Of a stretch of DNA of 64,000 nucleotides, positions 50,470-60,998 are shown piece after piece. The notes beneath the pieces were generated by a model that saw only the letters and a list, made by a program, of their open reading frames with translations, did no database searches and was not told where the DNA came from. Source of the DNA: an uncultured Leptospirales bacterium (GTDB lineage: Bacteria; Spirochaetota; UBA4802; UBA5550). The DNA lies in NCBI GenBank assembly GCA_964645775.1, contig CAZYBU010000015.1:4943-68942 (forward strand), read 5' to 3'. Both the position numbers and the translations under genes were made by a program. Numbering within the stretch: the first letter of the stretch is position 1; every line of letters begins with the position of its first letter.

Positions 50470-51351
50470 ATGGCGCGTTGGTTCGTCAAATTCTGGGGAG
50501 TCCGTGGTTCCATACCGGTACCGGGTGCGCGAACCCTTAAATACGGGGGAAACACTTCCTGCCATGAAATATACACGGAAGAAGGAGACCGGGTGGTCTT
50601 TGACGCCGGATCCGGTATATTCCAGCTCGGAAGAAACCTGGACCTTTCCAAAAGACAGAGCATTCCCCTTTTCATAACCCATCCTCACTGGGACCACATT
50701 AACGGTTTACCACTCTTCCCTCCCATTTTCATCCCGGGTAACGAAATAACGGTCTACGGTCCCCGGACCTACGAGATGTCCCTGGAAGACATCATCGAGG
50801 GCCAGATGAAGTATACATATTTCCCGGTTCGAGTGGCCGAGCTCCATGCCCGTTTCTCTTACGTGGAGATGGAGGACGCCGGCCAGGTAACTATCGGTCC
50901 CTTTCAGATAACGGCCCGGAAACTGAACCACCCGGTCGACTGCCTGGGATACAGGGTTGAATACAGCGGCCGAACCTTTATTTACCTGGGAGACAATGAA
51001 CCCTACTACAATGTCTACAGGGATGGAGACCGGGAGGTGGAAAGGACCATCGAGGAGATGAACGAGGGGCTGGTCGATTTTGTCCGGGACGCGGACCTCC
51101 TCATAACCGATTCCCAGTATACTCCCGCGGAGTACGAGAAAAAACGGGGATTCGGGCACAGCTCAACCCATCATTCCATCAATATGGCCCTTCGGGCCGG
51201 CGTCAAACGTTTGTTCCTCAACCATCATGACCCGGAACGGAGCGATGAAGAGCTGGACCGGATAGTGGACCATTACCGGGAACGATTGAAAAAGAAGGGA
51301 CACGATATGGAACTGGCGGCCACCCGCGAAGGGGAGATCGTGGAAATATAG
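50470..51351 (+). CDS. MBL-fold metallo-hydrolase (HxHxDH)
   Basis: ITHPHWDHINGLP. The ATG is 2 nt after the HDOD gene stop. Confidence 0.8.
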   Translation: MARWFVKFWGVRGSIPVPGARTLKYGGNTSCHEIYTEEGDRVVFDAGSGIFQLGRNLDLSKRQSIPLFITHPHWDHINGLPLFPPIFIPGNEITVYGPRTYEMSLEDIIEGQMKYTYFPVRVAELHARFSYVEMEDAGQVTIGPFQITARKLNHPVDCLGYRVEYSGRTFIYLGDNEPYYNVYRDGDREVERTIEEMNEGLVDFVRDADLLITDSQYTPAEYEKKRGFGHSSTHHSINMALRAGVKRLFLNHHDPERSDEELDRIVDHYRERLKKKGHDMELAATREGEIVEI

Positions 51352-51390
51352 TATTCCTCTCCTGACAGGAATCGGCTGCCGTAAATCCAG

Positions 51391-52008
51391 TTAAACGAAT
51401 TTCTCCCTGAGGTTGTGTTCCCACAGTTCAACCAGCTTGTTGAATTCCCTGTCAGGAGGGGCATCGGCGTAGGCCATGTTGCGTCGTTTGATCAGATAAT
51501 AGACCGTGGAGTCCTCCAGAAGAAACCGCTGGTTGTGGGTGTTAAGTTTTCGGATAATATAGTTCAAATTATAGGTCTGGAAATCCCCTATGTAGCGGGT
51601 GGCAGCAACGGTCGGCTCGTATTTCAGCAGAAGTTCCGTGAAGTAAAGGCAGCTCTTCCATGTGTCCACACTGTCGGCAAGGGCTTCCTTAAAGTGAATA
51701 GTAAGCTTTTCAAAGAGATCCATGTTCTGGTAGTACGAATCGTAGATGATCTTGATCAGTTCCGGGAAGTTGTTCTGGACTTCCATAAGGTCGATGGGAG
51801 AGTCCTGCTCCCTGAAAAACGAGAATATTTCCCTGCTCTTCTCCGTGGTCGGTTCCACGTCGATAAGTTCGATTTTAAGATCGCGTATGACCGTTCTGAC
51901 TTTTCCCGCCTTTTTCAGGTATACTTCAATTTCAACGGGTTCAACATAGCAGTTTATGTCCCTCTCAGCCGCCATGTTCCAGCTTCTCCAGTACCTTTTG
52001 ATGCTCAT
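51391..52008 (-). CDS. Hypothetical protein
   Basis: ORF coupled to the upstream 762-aa gene; no recognisable domain. Confidence 0.4.
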   Translation of the reverse strand: MSIKRYWRSWNMAAERDINCYVEPVEIEVYLKKAGKVRTVIRDLKIELIDVEPTTEKSREIFSFFREQDSPIDLMEVQNNFPELIKIIYDSYYQNMDLFEKLTIHFKEALADSVDTWKSCLYFTELLLKYEPTVAATRYIGDFQTYNLNYIIRKLNTHNQRFLLEDSTVYYLIKRRNMAYADAPPDREFNKLVELWEHNLREKFV

Positions 52009-54253
52009 CCGTCAGGGCTGTCTCCCTCGCCTTTTCCATAAGCCTTTCCCGTTCAGCTGTTTCCGTTGAACGTATTGCGTCAACCAGGGAGTAGAATGTC
52101 AGGTTCACCCGCTCCAGTTTGGTCCTGCTGATATCCCAGAGGGTGTCCCCCTCCTTCACGTTAATCTTCTCCCCGTCATGCATTACGAAGACGTTCCCGG
52201 GAAATATCCAGTGAGGATTCTTTTTCCGAATACCCGGCATTGTCAGGGGAGAGAAGCCGTTCTCCCGGGCGATTCTGGAGGCGTATTGAAAGATTTCAGT
52301 TTCAGTAACCTTTATGTCATACTTCTTTTTCAGTGCATCGTATTCCACTTTCTGTCTCTTCATCTCTTCCTTCATGGATGAGAGTTGTACCACTTCTTTC
52401 CGGCTTTCTGCACTTTCACCTGGCGGGGGATCAACCGGCCCCTTCAGGAAGAACCAGGCGAAGACAGCCATGGCGGCAACGAGGATAAGCACCAGAACAC
52501 CGATTGCAAGAACCGACCTTCTCCGCCCGGGACCGGCGATCTCTTTTTCTTCTGATACCTGTATCCGGAAGGCATCTCTGTGTTCCCTGACCCTGAGGGC
52601 GTGTTCCTGAAGGGACGGCCCGCCCTTTGATGAAAGATAAAGACGCACGAGTTCCATAAGTCTTCTGCGGTCCTGACGTATCCTTTCGTACCCTTCCGGT
52701 TCCGTACCCTCCCTGTCATTGACAATCTCTTTGTGCAAAACAAGGTCCCGGACCGGGAGGATACTCATCTCTTCCAGGATAGACTTCCCCTGAATTCTCA
52801 GGATTACCTGAAGGCGGTTTTTATGGAACATCAATTCCCGGCGCTCCAGTTTTGAACTGGCGTCGCCGTATATCTGCTTCAGGGATGAGCTCACGCTGCG
52901 ACTGGACGTATTTTGTAAAAGAAACCGGCAAAGGCCCATAATGTTAAAAAGGATAACGGAACGCTCAAGGGGGTCCGGATATCGCTCTTCAATCTTAGCC
53001 AGGTATGCATTGAAGGCTTTTCTGTCGCCGTTGTACAGAATACCGAGAATATCCTCCTCCATTACGGTTCCCGCCAGGACCTCCTCCACTTCCCCGTATC
53101 GTTCAAGTTCGTACTGAATGCCCTCCGGGGCGGCCGGCGTCTCCAGTCCCCGAATCCGTACCAGGTCGCTCTCCGCTCCGGCAACAATAACAGGAACCGT
53201 GGCGCTTCTGAAAAGGGTTGGAGACGAGCGGAACAGCTCATGCCGGACAATAAGAAGATCGAGCTCGTTTTCCGGAAGCTCTTTCAGGCTCTCCTTTTCC
53301 CGCAGATAGGCAACCCGAACAGGAAGGTTCCGTTCACTGTCTTCCATATAGATGAGGAGGTTTCCGCTCCCCTTAAGCTCACGTACCTGTACGATTGCGT
53401 TTTCATAATGGGCACCGGAAAGAGGATGGACCTTCACGCGGTCACGACCGTAAAGTTCCTCGAAGAGCTTCATACCGGTTTGATCGCTGTAAACATGAAG
53501 AGTGCCTCCACTCTTTCCTTTCGCCTTCATGACAGGCGAAAGGGATGCGAGGGGCGCTTCAGAATGAAAGAGTGTCGAAAGGTTTGCTGGATTTATGGCG
53601 TACCGGGAAAAGGTCTCCAGGTAATGAGAGGGAAAGTCTATACAGGCGAGGTTCCCTTTACCGTAAAGGAGGGTGGCCCCCTCCAGGAGAAGAAGTCCTC
53701 TCCCCTCGTAGCGTTTCATGACGCGGTCATTCGAGGCCATGTCCCTGTTTATCCCGCTGAAACCGTGGGTGTTCTCCTCCATTTTTTTAAGATCCAGGAG
53801 AGTGTCTTTGCCGTGGTTGACGACGAAATTCCCGTCCCGATAAAAGAGACCGATGAAATGATTACGGGCTGAGATACTCTTTTCCCCGGAGAATTCCGGG
53901 AGATCGCTTTCGACCTCCAGAATACCCGCCTCGCTCAGGTCGAGACCCAACTCCTTCTGGAAGGCCAGATATCGTTTCAGGGTCTGTCTGCTTCCGATGA
54001 AACGGTTCTCCCCGATTCTCGATATGTCGACATTCCGGGCCTCGTCCAGCGGGTCCCCGAAAAGCTGATCCGGGATAATAATATTTTCAATGAGGGGAAC
54101 CACTTCAACCGGCATATGGGGCCATGTTCCGACCCGAATAAAGGGATTCAGGTCATCCGTGTTCTCGCCGGTATAGAGAATGCAGCACTCATGATCCACG
54201 ATAAACAATCTATCATGGTCTGTGGGTATAATGGATCGAATCTCTGGTGTCAT
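51965..54253 (-). CDS. Large membrane-anchored protein with a C-terminal LysM-like domain
   Basis: A cytoplasmic region of about 560 aa, then TM VLAIGVLVLILVAAMAVFAWFF, then VKEGDTLWDIS. Confidence 0.5.
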   Translation of the reverse strand: MTPEIRSIIPTDHDRLFIVDHECCILYTGENTDDLNPFIRVGTWPHMPVEVVPLIENIIIPDQLFGDPLDEARNVDISRIGENRFIGSRQTLKRYLAFQKELGLDLSEAGILEVESDLPEFSGEKSISARNHFIGLFYRDGNFVVNHGKDTLLDLKKMEENTHGFSGINRDMASNDRVMKRYEGRGLLLLEGATLLYGKGNLACIDFPSHYLETFSRYAINPANLSTLFHSEAPLASLSPVMKAKGKSGGTLHVYSDQTGMKLFEELYGRDRVKVHPLSGAHYENAIVQVRELKGSGNLLIYMEDSERNLPVRVAYLREKESLKELPENELDLLIVRHELFRSSPTLFRSATVPVIVAGAESDLVRIRGLETPAAPEGIQYELERYGEVEEVLAGTVMEEDILGILYNGDRKAFNAYLAKIEERYPDPLERSVILFNIMGLCRFLLQNTSSRSVSSSLKQIYGDASSKLERRELMFHKNRLQVILRIQGKSILEEMSILPVRDLVLHKEIVNDREGTEPEGYERIRQDRRRLMELVRLYLSSKGGPSLQEHALRVREHRDAFRIQVSEEKEIAGPGRRRSVLAIGVLVLILVAAMAVFAWFFLKGPVDPPPGESAESRKEVVQLSSMKEEMKRQKVEYDALKKKYDIKVTETEIFQYASRIARENGFSPLTMPGIRKKNPHWIFPGNVFVMHDGEKINVKEGDTLWDISRTKLERVNLTFYSLVDAIRSTETAERERLMEKARETALTDEHQKVLEKLEHGG

Positions 54254-54397
54254 AGAGTGTTAATCTGTCATATGGGGCGCCCTGATGGCAAATACAATTT
54301 GACCCTGCATATCATGGTGATTATTTCGCTCTTCTGTACCGATAAAGGGAACAGGCGGAGGTGTTTTTTCGCCGACCGGGGTCGGCGCGGGTAAGGT

Positions 54398-56809
54398 ATG
54401 TTTAAGAGGATTTTAACAGCTATAAGCAGAAGTCACTACCGGGTCCGATATCTGCGTACCATGGTCTGGTCCTTTCTGCTCTTCTCAGGCGGTCTTCTCA
54501 TACTCCTTCTCTTCTTTCCAGATGACAGGATCGTCACCAGGACCGTTGGATGGGAGAAGAGACAGTATATCATTCCTGCTCGAATGAAAGCGAACGATAT
54601 ACGGACCGTTACAAAGGAAAATTTTACGGCCCTTGTTTTCGAAGGAATGGATAACGGACGGCAGGGAGTATATGTCTCTCTTTCCTTCAATGCCGGCAAG
54701 AGTTTCACGGAACCGATCCGAATAGCGGAAGTAGAATCGGCCATCGACACCAATCCCTGGGTGGCCGTTTCAGGAGATGGCGAACTCACTGTCATGTGGC
54801 AGAACCTGGCCGCCGATGGCACGGCGACACGGATATTCTGGACCCGCTCGACGGATTATGGGAACACCTGGAGTGAACCGGTTGAACTCATGGCGGGTTA
54901 TGACATGGAGATCCTTCCCCGGATTTTTTACGATGACAAAAACAGGCTCCACCTTTTCTTTCACGCATATTATAAAGGGGCCTTCAACCTCTTTCACACC
55001 ATACTCGATGATTCAGGCAAGCTTAGAAACCCGGACCTTCTCATACGTCTCACGGAAAACATGAAAGGGGCCTTCTTCCCCTCCATTCATCATACGGGTT
55101 CCAGTTTTTACATGGCCTGGCAGGGCAAGCTGGAACAGGCGAAGGGTCTGAGTGATGATATATTCTTCATGAAATCGGGAAATTACGGCCGATCCTGGAG
55201 CCGGCCCCGGGTGATAACAGAGAGCGTGTCCAATGATTCAAATCCCTGGATCCTCTATCACAGGGAATCCCTTTACGTCGCCTACCAGAACAACGATGAG
55301 GAGAACTGGAGGATTCGTATCCAGAGAAGCCCGGACCTGGGGGAAAACTGGCAGACACCGGTTCAGGTTTCCGAAACCAACGCTGACTGTTATAAACCGA
55401 GCATGTCTGTGGTGGGTAACGAGCTCCTCATTTTCTGGTACGATGGCAGGGAAGGCAACATGAATGTTTATGTTCGCTCCTTTGATATCGGCGAACAGAA
55501 ACTGGCCGAGACCCAGCGCCTTTCCTTTTCCGGGGCGGAAGCGCGCAATCCGCTCCCCATCTTCACGGGAAGGGACGGTCTTGTTATCTGGGAAGAGAGC
55601 GACAACATTATCGGAAAAAACCTGGATGTCTATGCCCCTCCTCCCAGGATTTATTCACCGACCCATTCCGAGACCGAATGGAGCCGGGAGAACCGGGCCG
55701 TTATTCTCTGGGAGAAGAGTGAAGACGAATCCGGTATCGATGGCTACGCTACCATAACCAATGAGATACCCGATTTTAACCCTACGATCCAGAACCGGAC
55801 GGCCAACGTTAACCGCGCGGTTCTTCCGGATTTGAATGATGGCCGAACCTATTTTCATATCCGCTCCATTGATGGGGCGGGAAACTTCAGCCGCACCGTC
55901 CACTTCAGATTGCAGGTCAGTAAAAATCCCCTTCCGATGCCGACGGTTGTCTCGCCCACCCATCCTGAGGGAAAATCCGTCGACAGAACCACGGCCAGAT
56001 TGAACTGGGAAACAGGGGAAATGGTGAGGCTCAAGGGCTTTCTTTTTTCTCTCTCGAGAGAAAAGCTCGAACGTCCTGAAAATTTTACTCGTGATTTTTC
56101 GAGAACCTTTGAAGGACTCAGTTCCGGAAACTACTTCTTCAGCCTTGCGGCCGTGGACAGGACGAACCAGGTGAGCGAGATAGCGACATATCACATAAAG
56201 GTTGGTGACGCCGGAGAGATCGAACCTGACAAACTTGAGTATGAAAAGGAGGAGGAAACGGAAAAAGAGAGGCAGGTACGCAGGATCGCGCTTCCATCCC
56301 TCGATATTGTTCTTCCCCTATCTGATGAACGTATATGGGATCGGAGAACCATGAAGGCCCTTCTTCAGCCCCGCAATGTAAACAGGGAGAGAGTAGCTGG
56401 ATACGCGGTCCGCCTTTCCAGGGAGCCGGCGCCTCTTCCCATGGAAGTAAACAGACAGAACCCTATTCTTGAGCTAAAAGGTCTAAAAAACGGAGATTAT
56501 GTAGTCACGGCCGCCTGCCTTTACAGGGCAGGTCCACCGGGAAGCGACAATTATAGATGGACAAAAACGGAACGTCGTTCCTTCACGGTCCATCTTGAAC
56601 CTCCCTCTTCACCCATGACGGTTCTACTGGCCAGGCTGACCCTCCGGATGGATGAAACCCCGGCCCTCTTCTCAGTCGGCATTCTTCTCTGGGGGGCCCT
56701 GCTTCTATGGTTCGGTTATGGCATGAAAATACGTTTTCATCTTCGGGTATGGAGATTCCGCCTGAGGAGTCTGCGTGAAAGTTATCTGGGGATGAAAAGG
56801 GTATCCTGA
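54398..56809 (+). CDS. BNR/Asp-box repeat (sialidase-fold-like) membrane-anchored protein
   Basis: Asp-boxes STDYGNTWS, SGNYGRSWS and SPDLGENWQ; N-terminal and C-terminal TM helices; Ig/FN3-like middle region. Confidence 0.6.
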   Translation: MFKRILTAISRSHYRVRYLRTMVWSFLLFSGGLLILLLFFPDDRIVTRTVGWEKRQYIIPARMKANDIRTVTKENFTALVFEGMDNGRQGVYVSLSFNAGKSFTEPIRIAEVESAIDTNPWVAVSGDGELTVMWQNLAADGTATRIFWTRSTDYGNTWSEPVELMAGYDMEILPRIFYDDKNRLHLFFHAYYKGAFNLFHTILDDSGKLRNPDLLIRLTENMKGAFFPSIHHTGSSFYMAWQGKLEQAKGLSDDIFFMKSGNYGRSWSRPRVITESVSNDSNPWILYHRESLYVAYQNNDEENWRIRIQRSPDLGENWQTPVQVSETNADCYKPSMSVVGNELLIFWYDGREGNMNVYVRSFDIGEQKLAETQRLSFSGAEARNPLPIFTGRDGLVIWEESDNIIGKNLDVYAPPPRIYSPTHSETEWSRENRAVILWEKSEDESGIDGYATITNEIPDFNPTIQNRTANVNRAVLPDLNDGRTYFHIRSIDGAGNFSRTVHFRLQVSKNPLPMPTVVSPTHPEGKSVDRTTARLNWETGEMVRLKGFLFSLSREKLERPENFTRDFSRTFEGLSSGNYFFSLAAVDRTNQVSEIATYHIKVGDAGEIEPDKLEYEKEEETEKERQVRRIALPSLDIVLPLSDERIWDRRTMKALLQPRNVNRERVAGYAVRLSREPAPLPMEVNRQNPILELKGLKNGDYVVTAACLYRAGPPGSDNYRWTKTERRSFTVHLEPPSSPMTVLLARLTLRMDETPALFSVGILLWGALLLWFGYGMKIRFHLRVWRFRLRSLRESYLGMKRVS

Positions 56810-56905
56810 TGAGTAGCCTGGCCTCTTTTACGGTCTCCTATGAAATTAATCTCTTGCCTGAGAAAGGAAAAAGGCATATTTTTTGCATGAAATCGTGATA
56901 TTGTC

Positions 56906-58906
56906 ATGAAATATTCACTCACATATACGCTAACGCTCCTGATATTCCTTCTTTTTCTGACAGGCGGATCCACAGCCACGGTGAAGGAGATGGACAGAGA
57001 GGCCCAGGAGTACCTGAACAACAAGCGCTACAATCAGGCCATAGCCCTCTGGCTGAACATCCTGGACGTGGATCCGGATAATGAACGGGCCCAGAGACAG
57101 ATCGAGGTCATCTATGAGATAAAACAGAAGAAGGATCTCTCCATGCAGAGGGCGAAGCTGAACTACCGTCTCGCCAGAAACGTAATTAACCGAAACCTGG
57201 ATGATCCGGACATCGCCGAGGAGGAGGCTGAGAAGAACCTGGATGTTACCAAAAAAAAGGCGAAGGTGGCCTTTGATAATTTTATCACCGCCTACAGACT
57301 TGATCCCCGTGACTCGGAACTGAATGAGCTGGTGGATGACATGAAACGTCTCGAGGAGATCATCAAGTCTGAGGAAGAGAAGCAAAGACTTTCCCGGGAA
57401 CTGAAAGAGAGATATAAGAAACTCCTGGAAGAGGCGAATGAAGCCATGAAAAATAAGGAGTACAGGAAGGCCCTGAACAACTATAATCAGATACTTAGAT
57501 TCTTTCCTGACGACAATGTCGCTCAGGAAGGGAAACGGGAGGCCCAGCTTGCCATAGAGAATCGCCGCAGGTACGAGCAAATTCAGCAATTCCTGGCCCG
57601 GGGGAAGGAGCTTTTTGGCGAGAACCAGTATCAGCCGGCCCGTCTCGAGTTTGTCCAAGTAATCAACCTTGACGAAAGGAACCGGACGGCCCGGCAGTAC
57701 ATAGACCGCATCGACGAGAAACTGGACGAGAAAAAACTGAGAGAGCAGAGGCTCAGACAGGCGGAAGAGTTTTACGTCGCCGGAAACCAGAACCTGGCAA
57801 ATAATGAATTTGAGCAGGCCAGGGACAACTTCGAAAGCGTTCTGGCCCTGGTAGATGAGTTCAGAGACACTCAGGAGAAACTGGATAGCATTGAACGTCT
57901 CAGGGAACGTTACCTGAAGCTCCAGAGGGAAAGGAAGCTCCAGCGTATAAACCAGGAGTTCCAGAACGGAATGCTGGCCCTTTCCGAGGGACGGTATCGG
58001 GACGCCGTGGCCGCCTTTGAGACAACCATGAACCTGGACCCGGAGAACGAGCTGGCTAAGACCTACATGGAGAGGGCCAAAACGGCCCTGAAACAGCAGC
58101 AGGAGGAGCAGGTAGACGAGAACTCTCCCTACTACAATATTATCAATTCACTTATCATCTCGGGCCGAAATCTCTATAACCAGGGAAAATACAGGGAGTC
58201 CCGGGAAAAATGGGACCGAATCCTGGAGCTCTTCCCGAAAAACCGGATAGCGACGGAATATCTGCTTCGCTGCAATATCAAGATGAACCCGGATTCATTT
58301 GAACCCTTCGCGAAACGACTAATAAAGGAGGGCAGAGAGCACCTTGCCCAGAAGGAATACCAGGACGCCATGAGGAAGTTTGAACTTATCAAATCACTGG
58401 ATGAGAACTATCCGGGCCTGGATGAACTTATAGGTCGGGCCCGGAGAGATACCAGGAAGGCCGTACTGGGCGGCGGCCCGAAAGTCGGGAATGATGAAAA
58501 GGAGGTCAGGGCCACGCCGGCCCAGATACAGGCCAGGTACAACCGGGCCGTGGCCCTCTACCAGCAGGGAGGCAGGGCCAATCTCCAGCAGGCCCTCCAG
58601 GACTTCCGTTTTGTTGCCCGCGCGCAGCCCGATAACATTCGGGCCATCATCAGCGCCAACAAGATCGAGGCCCAGCTCCGTATGGGAGGCGGAGGCGGTC
58701 AGGCTGACGTGGCCCGGCAGGACCAGCTGACACCTGAACAGAGGGCTCAGATCCGAAGGTATTATTATAACGGCATCAGTTTTTACTCTAACAACAATTT
58801 CCAGGCCGCCATCCGGGAGTGGAGAAAGGTGCTGGCAATCGACCCTAATCATGTCAAGGCCCGAAATAATATCCGAAAGGTTCTTGTCTTTCTCGGCCGA
58901 CAATAG
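56906..58906 (+). CDS. Secreted TPR-repeat protein
   Basis: Signal peptide plus repeated TPR-like helices. Confidence 0.7.
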   Translation: MKYSLTYTLTLLIFLLFLTGGSTATVKEMDREAQEYLNNKRYNQAIALWLNILDVDPDNERAQRQIEVIYEIKQKKDLSMQRAKLNYRLARNVINRNLDDPDIAEEEAEKNLDVTKKKAKVAFDNFITAYRLDPRDSELNELVDDMKRLEEIIKSEEEKQRLSRELKERYKKLLEEANEAMKNKEYRKALNNYNQILRFFPDDNVAQEGKREAQLAIENRRRYEQIQQFLARGKELFGENQYQPARLEFVQVINLDERNRTARQYIDRIDEKLDEKKLREQRLRQAEEFYVAGNQNLANNEFEQARDNFESVLALVDEFRDTQEKLDSIERLRERYLKLQRERKLQRINQEFQNGMLALSEGRYRDAVAAFETTMNLDPENELAKTYMERAKTALKQQQEEQVDENSPYYNIINSLIISGRNLYNQGKYRESREKWDRILELFPKNRIATEYLLRCNIKMNPDSFEPFAKRLIKEGREHLAQKEYQDAMRKFELIKSLDENYPGLDELIGRARRDTRKAVLGGGPKVGNDEKEVRATPAQIQARYNRAVALYQQGGRANLQQALQDFRFVARAQPDNIRAIISANKIEAQLRMGGGGGQADVARQDQLTPEQRAQIRRYYYNGISFYSNNNFQAAIREWRKVLAIDPNHVKARNNIRKVLVFLGRQ

Positions 58907-58923
58907 AATGAGACAGGTATAGA

Positions 58924-60498
58924 ATGAATAAAGCGTCTGACAGTAAGGATATGGCCCCAAAAGGGTCAAAAGGAAGCGGTCGGAAAGAACGGACTGTTCG
59001 TTTCAGCCTGCGGCTCAAGTTTTCGCTGGCCATAAGTCTTCTTGTCTCGCTGGTTGTTCTCTCCATCTCAGGTTTTATCATCTGGCGGGAAAGTAACCTC
59101 CTTCAGGACCAGGTTTTTCAGTTCGTGAAACGCGAGCTGGTTCACCTCGCTAGAACGACCCAGGTCTCCATGGGCTCAGATGAGATTGCAATGATCGAAT
59201 CGATCAACGACCTGAAGGATATCGAGTACCTCTCGTACGCCTTTATACTGAACGCGCAGGATCAGTTACTTCTGCACTTTGACAGGAGAGGAGAGCGTCT
59301 CCCACAGGAACCGATCAATGACGGAATTGAACGCGACCTGTCAATCGAGGAGGGAGAAAAGGCCTCCATCGATATGAGCCGATACCCGAACCCGAAGGGA
59401 CCGGGCGTCATTTACGAATTCCGCAGGCCTGTTTTGAGTAAACTGGCTGGCGGCAAGATCGGCTATGTCATCATAGGCCTTTCGGACAGGGTCATCCGCG
59501 ATGAAATCCGGGGACTGCTTACTATCATGGTACCTGTCTCACTCTCCTTCCTGGCTCTTGCCATCCTTGCTTCTATCATCCTTGCAAGTATAACCATTAA
59601 CCCGATCCGTAAGCTCTCCCAGGGAGCCGTTATTATCGGTCAGGGAGATCTGGACCACAGGATCGACATAAAATCCTCCGACGAACTGGGTCAGCTGGCC
59701 CGGGAGTTCAACGAGATGACGACCATGATCAAGGAGGCCAAGGAGAACGAGATCGAGCAGCGCATCATGGACGAACAGCTGGAAACAGCGAGGGACATTC
59801 AGGAGGGTTTGAACCCCATGGCCTTCTTTAACAAGGAAGGAATCCAGATCAAGGGCCACACCCGGGCCGCCAAGGGCGTAGGGGGCGACTATTTCGATTA
59901 TATTGAGATCGATGAGAATCGGATTGGAGCCCTTTTGTCCGACGTGTCAGGCAAGGGCGTCCCGGCTTCCCTTGTCATGGTCATGATCCGGACAGTATTT
60001 ACATCCTACATCACCCGAAGCGACGTTACAACGGCAAAGGTGCTGCGGGCCATTAATGATGCCCTCTCCGCTGATTTCGCCATCGATACATTCGCGACCC
60101 TCTTTTTCTTCATCTATGATAAACGTACGGGGGAAGTCACCTTTGCCAACGCGGGCCAGGGTCCCCTCTACTGTTACAGAAAACACCTTAACAGGTGCAC
60201 AGCCACCAAGCTGGATGGAGTTCCCATTGGCATCATGGATGACGTGGATTACAAGATGGCCCGGGTGAACCTGAACCCGGGCGACATTATCGTGACGTTC
60301 ACTGACGGCATCACCGAGATGAGAAACGAGAAAAAGGAGGAGTACGGTTTTCCGCGTCTTCAGAAGATGCTTATCGAGCATCACGAGAAGGACGCGGGGG
60401 AACTTGTGGAGACCATCGTGCAGGACGTGGAAGAATTCCGCGGGGAGGTCCCTCCCCACGATGATACGACTATTCTCATATTCAAGAGAGAATACTAA
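58924..60498 (+). CDS. Membrane HAMP-domain PP2C (SpoIIE/RsbU-type) serine phosphatase
   Basis: TM, a periplasmic loop, a second TM, a HAMP domain, then GVGGDYFDYIE...LSDVSGKGVPASL. Confidence 0.8.
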   Translation: MNKASDSKDMAPKGSKGSGRKERTVRFSLRLKFSLAISLLVSLVVLSISGFIIWRESNLLQDQVFQFVKRELVHLARTTQVSMGSDEIAMIESINDLKDIEYLSYAFILNAQDQLLLHFDRRGERLPQEPINDGIERDLSIEEGEKASIDMSRYPNPKGPGVIYEFRRPVLSKLAGGKIGYVIIGLSDRVIRDEIRGLLTIMVPVSLSFLALAILASIILASITINPIRKLSQGAVIIGQGDLDHRIDIKSSDELGQLAREFNEMTTMIKEAKENEIEQRIMDEQLETARDIQEGLNPMAFFNKEGIQIKGHTRAAKGVGGDYFDYIEIDENRIGALLSDVSGKGVPASLVMVMIRTVFTSYITRSDVTTAKVLRAINDALSADFAIDTFATLFFFIYDKRTGEVTFANAGQGPLYCYRKHLNRCTATKLDGVPIGIMDDVDYKMARVNLNPGDIIVTFTDGITEMRNEKKEEYGFPRLQKMLIEHHEKDAGELVETIVQDVEEFRGEVPPHDDTTILIFKREY

Positions 60499-60549
60499 CA
60501 GGAAGAAGCGCTTATCAGAAAAATTAAAACGGAATAATGCGATGCTGCT

Positions 60550-60873
60550 CTACAACAGCTCGTCTTCGCTTTCATATATTTTGAAAAATTTATCCAATGT
60601 CGCCAGTTTCAAAATATTGAGAACGTCGTCGTGAATATTCATTAGAGCGAATGTACCGTTATGGGCTTTCATCTTCTTCTGGCCTGCGACAAGAGCCCCG
60701 ATCCCGGAAGAATCCATATAGTTAACGTTTTTCATGTCGACAATAACACTTGAATGATTTCCGTCTGTAACACTGAAGAGGGCCTTCTTCAACTCGCTGA
60801 CATTATAAAGATCAACTTCTCCGCTGACCTCAATAACCTTACTTTCACCGATATCCCTGAAGGATATATCCAT
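60550..60873 (-). CDS. STAS-domain anti-sigma-factor antagonist (SpoIIAA/RsbV-like)
   Basis: 107 aa with the conserved phospho-Ser context YMDSSGIGAL. Confidence 0.8.
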   Translation of the reverse strand: MDISFRDIGESKVIEVSGEVDLYNVSELKKALFSVTDGNHSSVIVDMKNVNYMDSSGIGALVAGQKKMKAHNGTFALMNIHDDVLNILKLATLDKFFKIYESEDELL

Positions 60874-60998
60874 GCACTCCTCCCTGACGTAATGTGACTT
60901 AATCGTATATCCATCTCATACATGATGAGGCAGAATTCTTTGTAAAGCAGAAAAAGGTAAAAAAATGTTCAAAATTATTATTCCGGCTTCTACTCCAC

